NCBI GenBank assembly: GCA_045613805.1
Contig: JAZLBS010000056.1
Location: 32,438-96,437, forward strand
DNA length: 64,000 nt
Direction: 5' to 3'
DNA from: Acutalibacteraceae bacterium
GTDB lineage: Bacteria > Bacillota > Clostridia > Oscillospirales > Acutalibacteraceae
Position 1 is the stretch's first letter; each line of letters begins with the position of its first letter. A program made the translations under genes and the position numbers. The notes under the pieces are model-generated. The model was given only the letters and a program-made list of their open reading frames with translations. It was not told the origin of the DNA and searched no databases. Below are positions 63,300 to 64,000 of this stretch, in pieces.

Positions 63300-64000
63300 T
63301 TATACAATTACTGTTGCGGGCGTCTGTACCTGAAATTCTGCTTTTGCCGATTCAGTATGAGCCTCTGTAACCTCTTGGCTTTCTACATCAATGGTATCTG
63401 CAATGATTTCAAGACCGTCAAGTACATCTTCACGGTTGTAGCTTGCATATCTGTGCTTTGCTACAAAACTACCTATACAGGTTGATTCATCTACTTTTTT
63501 TTCAACAGCACAAAGGCCGACACATGCAATAAGACTAAAAATTGCAGCCAGAATTAATACTGCTGCCAATTCCTCAGAAGCTAATAATATTACACTGGCA
63601 ATAGCGGCTATCAAGAAAAAATATTGTCCGGTACTAGTAATAGAATTAATAAGATTTTTAGCATGTTCGTTGGTAATCTCGCCGAATCTGGCTGCACATG
63701 CAACTGCCTGAATGTCAGCTTCCTGACTGCCAAGATACACAGCCTCTTCAACACTCATGGTTCCGTTTCGGAGATATAAATCCATTGAGTGGATACATCT
63801 GTATCTGTACCCCATCTCTCCGAGAACGACAGAAGTAGCCAAAGGATCATATGATTTCGAAAGTTTTCTCTTATAGTCTCTGAGATGATTGGAAGAAAGA
63901 CAGCTGTGAGAAAGCTTTTCTTTGATGCTTTCAACAAGGTTTTCTTCTGAACACTCTTTGTAGCCCTCTGCCTTCATATACTTATCAAAACGAGTTTTCA
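63300..64000 (-). CDS. Membrane protein (at least 225 aa) with a TM hairpin; possibly 5'-truncated by the window edge
   Basis: ORF from the track (first Met at 63977). The frame stays open upstream to nt 64000 (..KTRFDKY-M..) and there is no obvious SD before 63977. TM hairpin YFFLIAAIASVILLASEELAAVLILAAIFSLIACVGLCAV. Confidence 0.5.
   Translation of the reverse strand, partial: KTRFDKYMKAEGYKECSEENLVESIKEKLSHSCLSSNHLRDYKRKLSKSYDPLATSVVLGEMGYRYRCIHSMDLYLRNGTMSVEEAVYLGSQEADIQAVACAARFGEITNEHAKNLINSITSTGQYFFLIAAIASVILLASEELAAVLILAAIFSLIACVGLCAVEKKVDESTCIGSFVAKHRYASYNREDVLDGLEIIADTIDVESQEVTEAHTESAKAEFQVQTPATVIV

Noticed and set aside
1-64000. Search for CRISPR arrays, tRNA/rRNA genes, IS elements with terminal inverted repeats, and prophage genes
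   Set aside because: I saw no regularly spaced direct repeats with unique spacers and no tRNA-like T-arm or anticodon structures in intergenic regions. I also saw no transposase or integrase ORF (only a ~50-codon remnant) and no capsid, terminase or portal-like genes.

Overview
This is a 64-kb chromosomal segment from a low-GC Firmicute. Gene content suggests Clostridia, possibly Ruminococcus/Oscillospiraceae-like, but I cannot verify that here. I call 34 protein genes and 2 decayed gene remnants, almost all on the minus strand. I saw no rRNA, tRNA, CRISPR array or intact transposase.

Left part (1-27.7 kb), cell-envelope themed:
- A giant secreted Cys-rich-repeat protein of more than 2163 aa. 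It runs off the left edge, so it is missing from the ORF track.
- A cytoplasmic alpha-galactosidase-like hydrolase.
- A 2595-aa secreted helical-repeat protein.
- An Lgt (prolipoprotein diacylglyceryl transferase) paralogue.
- An OmpR-type regulator paired with a short-loop histidine kinase.
- A four-gene envelope-modification operon: Fn3/cell-wall-binding/transglutaminase-like protein, MBOAT, AlgX/AlgJ-like protein, DUF348-G5 lipoprotein.
- A PLC-like enzyme.

Middle part (28-30 kb): a trxB/thioredoxin chimeric remnant and a GH43 hydrolase.

Right half (30-64 kb), which looks more AT-rich by eye and accessory:
1. A six-gene operon built around the TerY-P triad (vWA, PP2C phosphatase, Ser/Thr kinase), with three extra genes.
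2. An Lgt-MFS fusion gene.
3. A 14.3-kb lipopeptide NRPS cluster: acyl ligase, ACP, two flavodoxin-fold proteins and Cs-A-T-C-A-T-E / C-A-T-TE synthetases. The predicted product is acyl-Ser-D-Asn(like)-Ser. The terminal thioesterase carries Cys in place of the nucleophilic Ser.
4. A recombinase C-terminal remnant.
5. A promoter-to-terminator five-gene operon combining a membrane-tethered Hsp70-like ATPase, a classical AAA+ ATPase and three proteins with no motif I recognise. This is my best candidate for an undescribed system.

All calls rest on hand translation and motif recognition. No database search or computation was possible.
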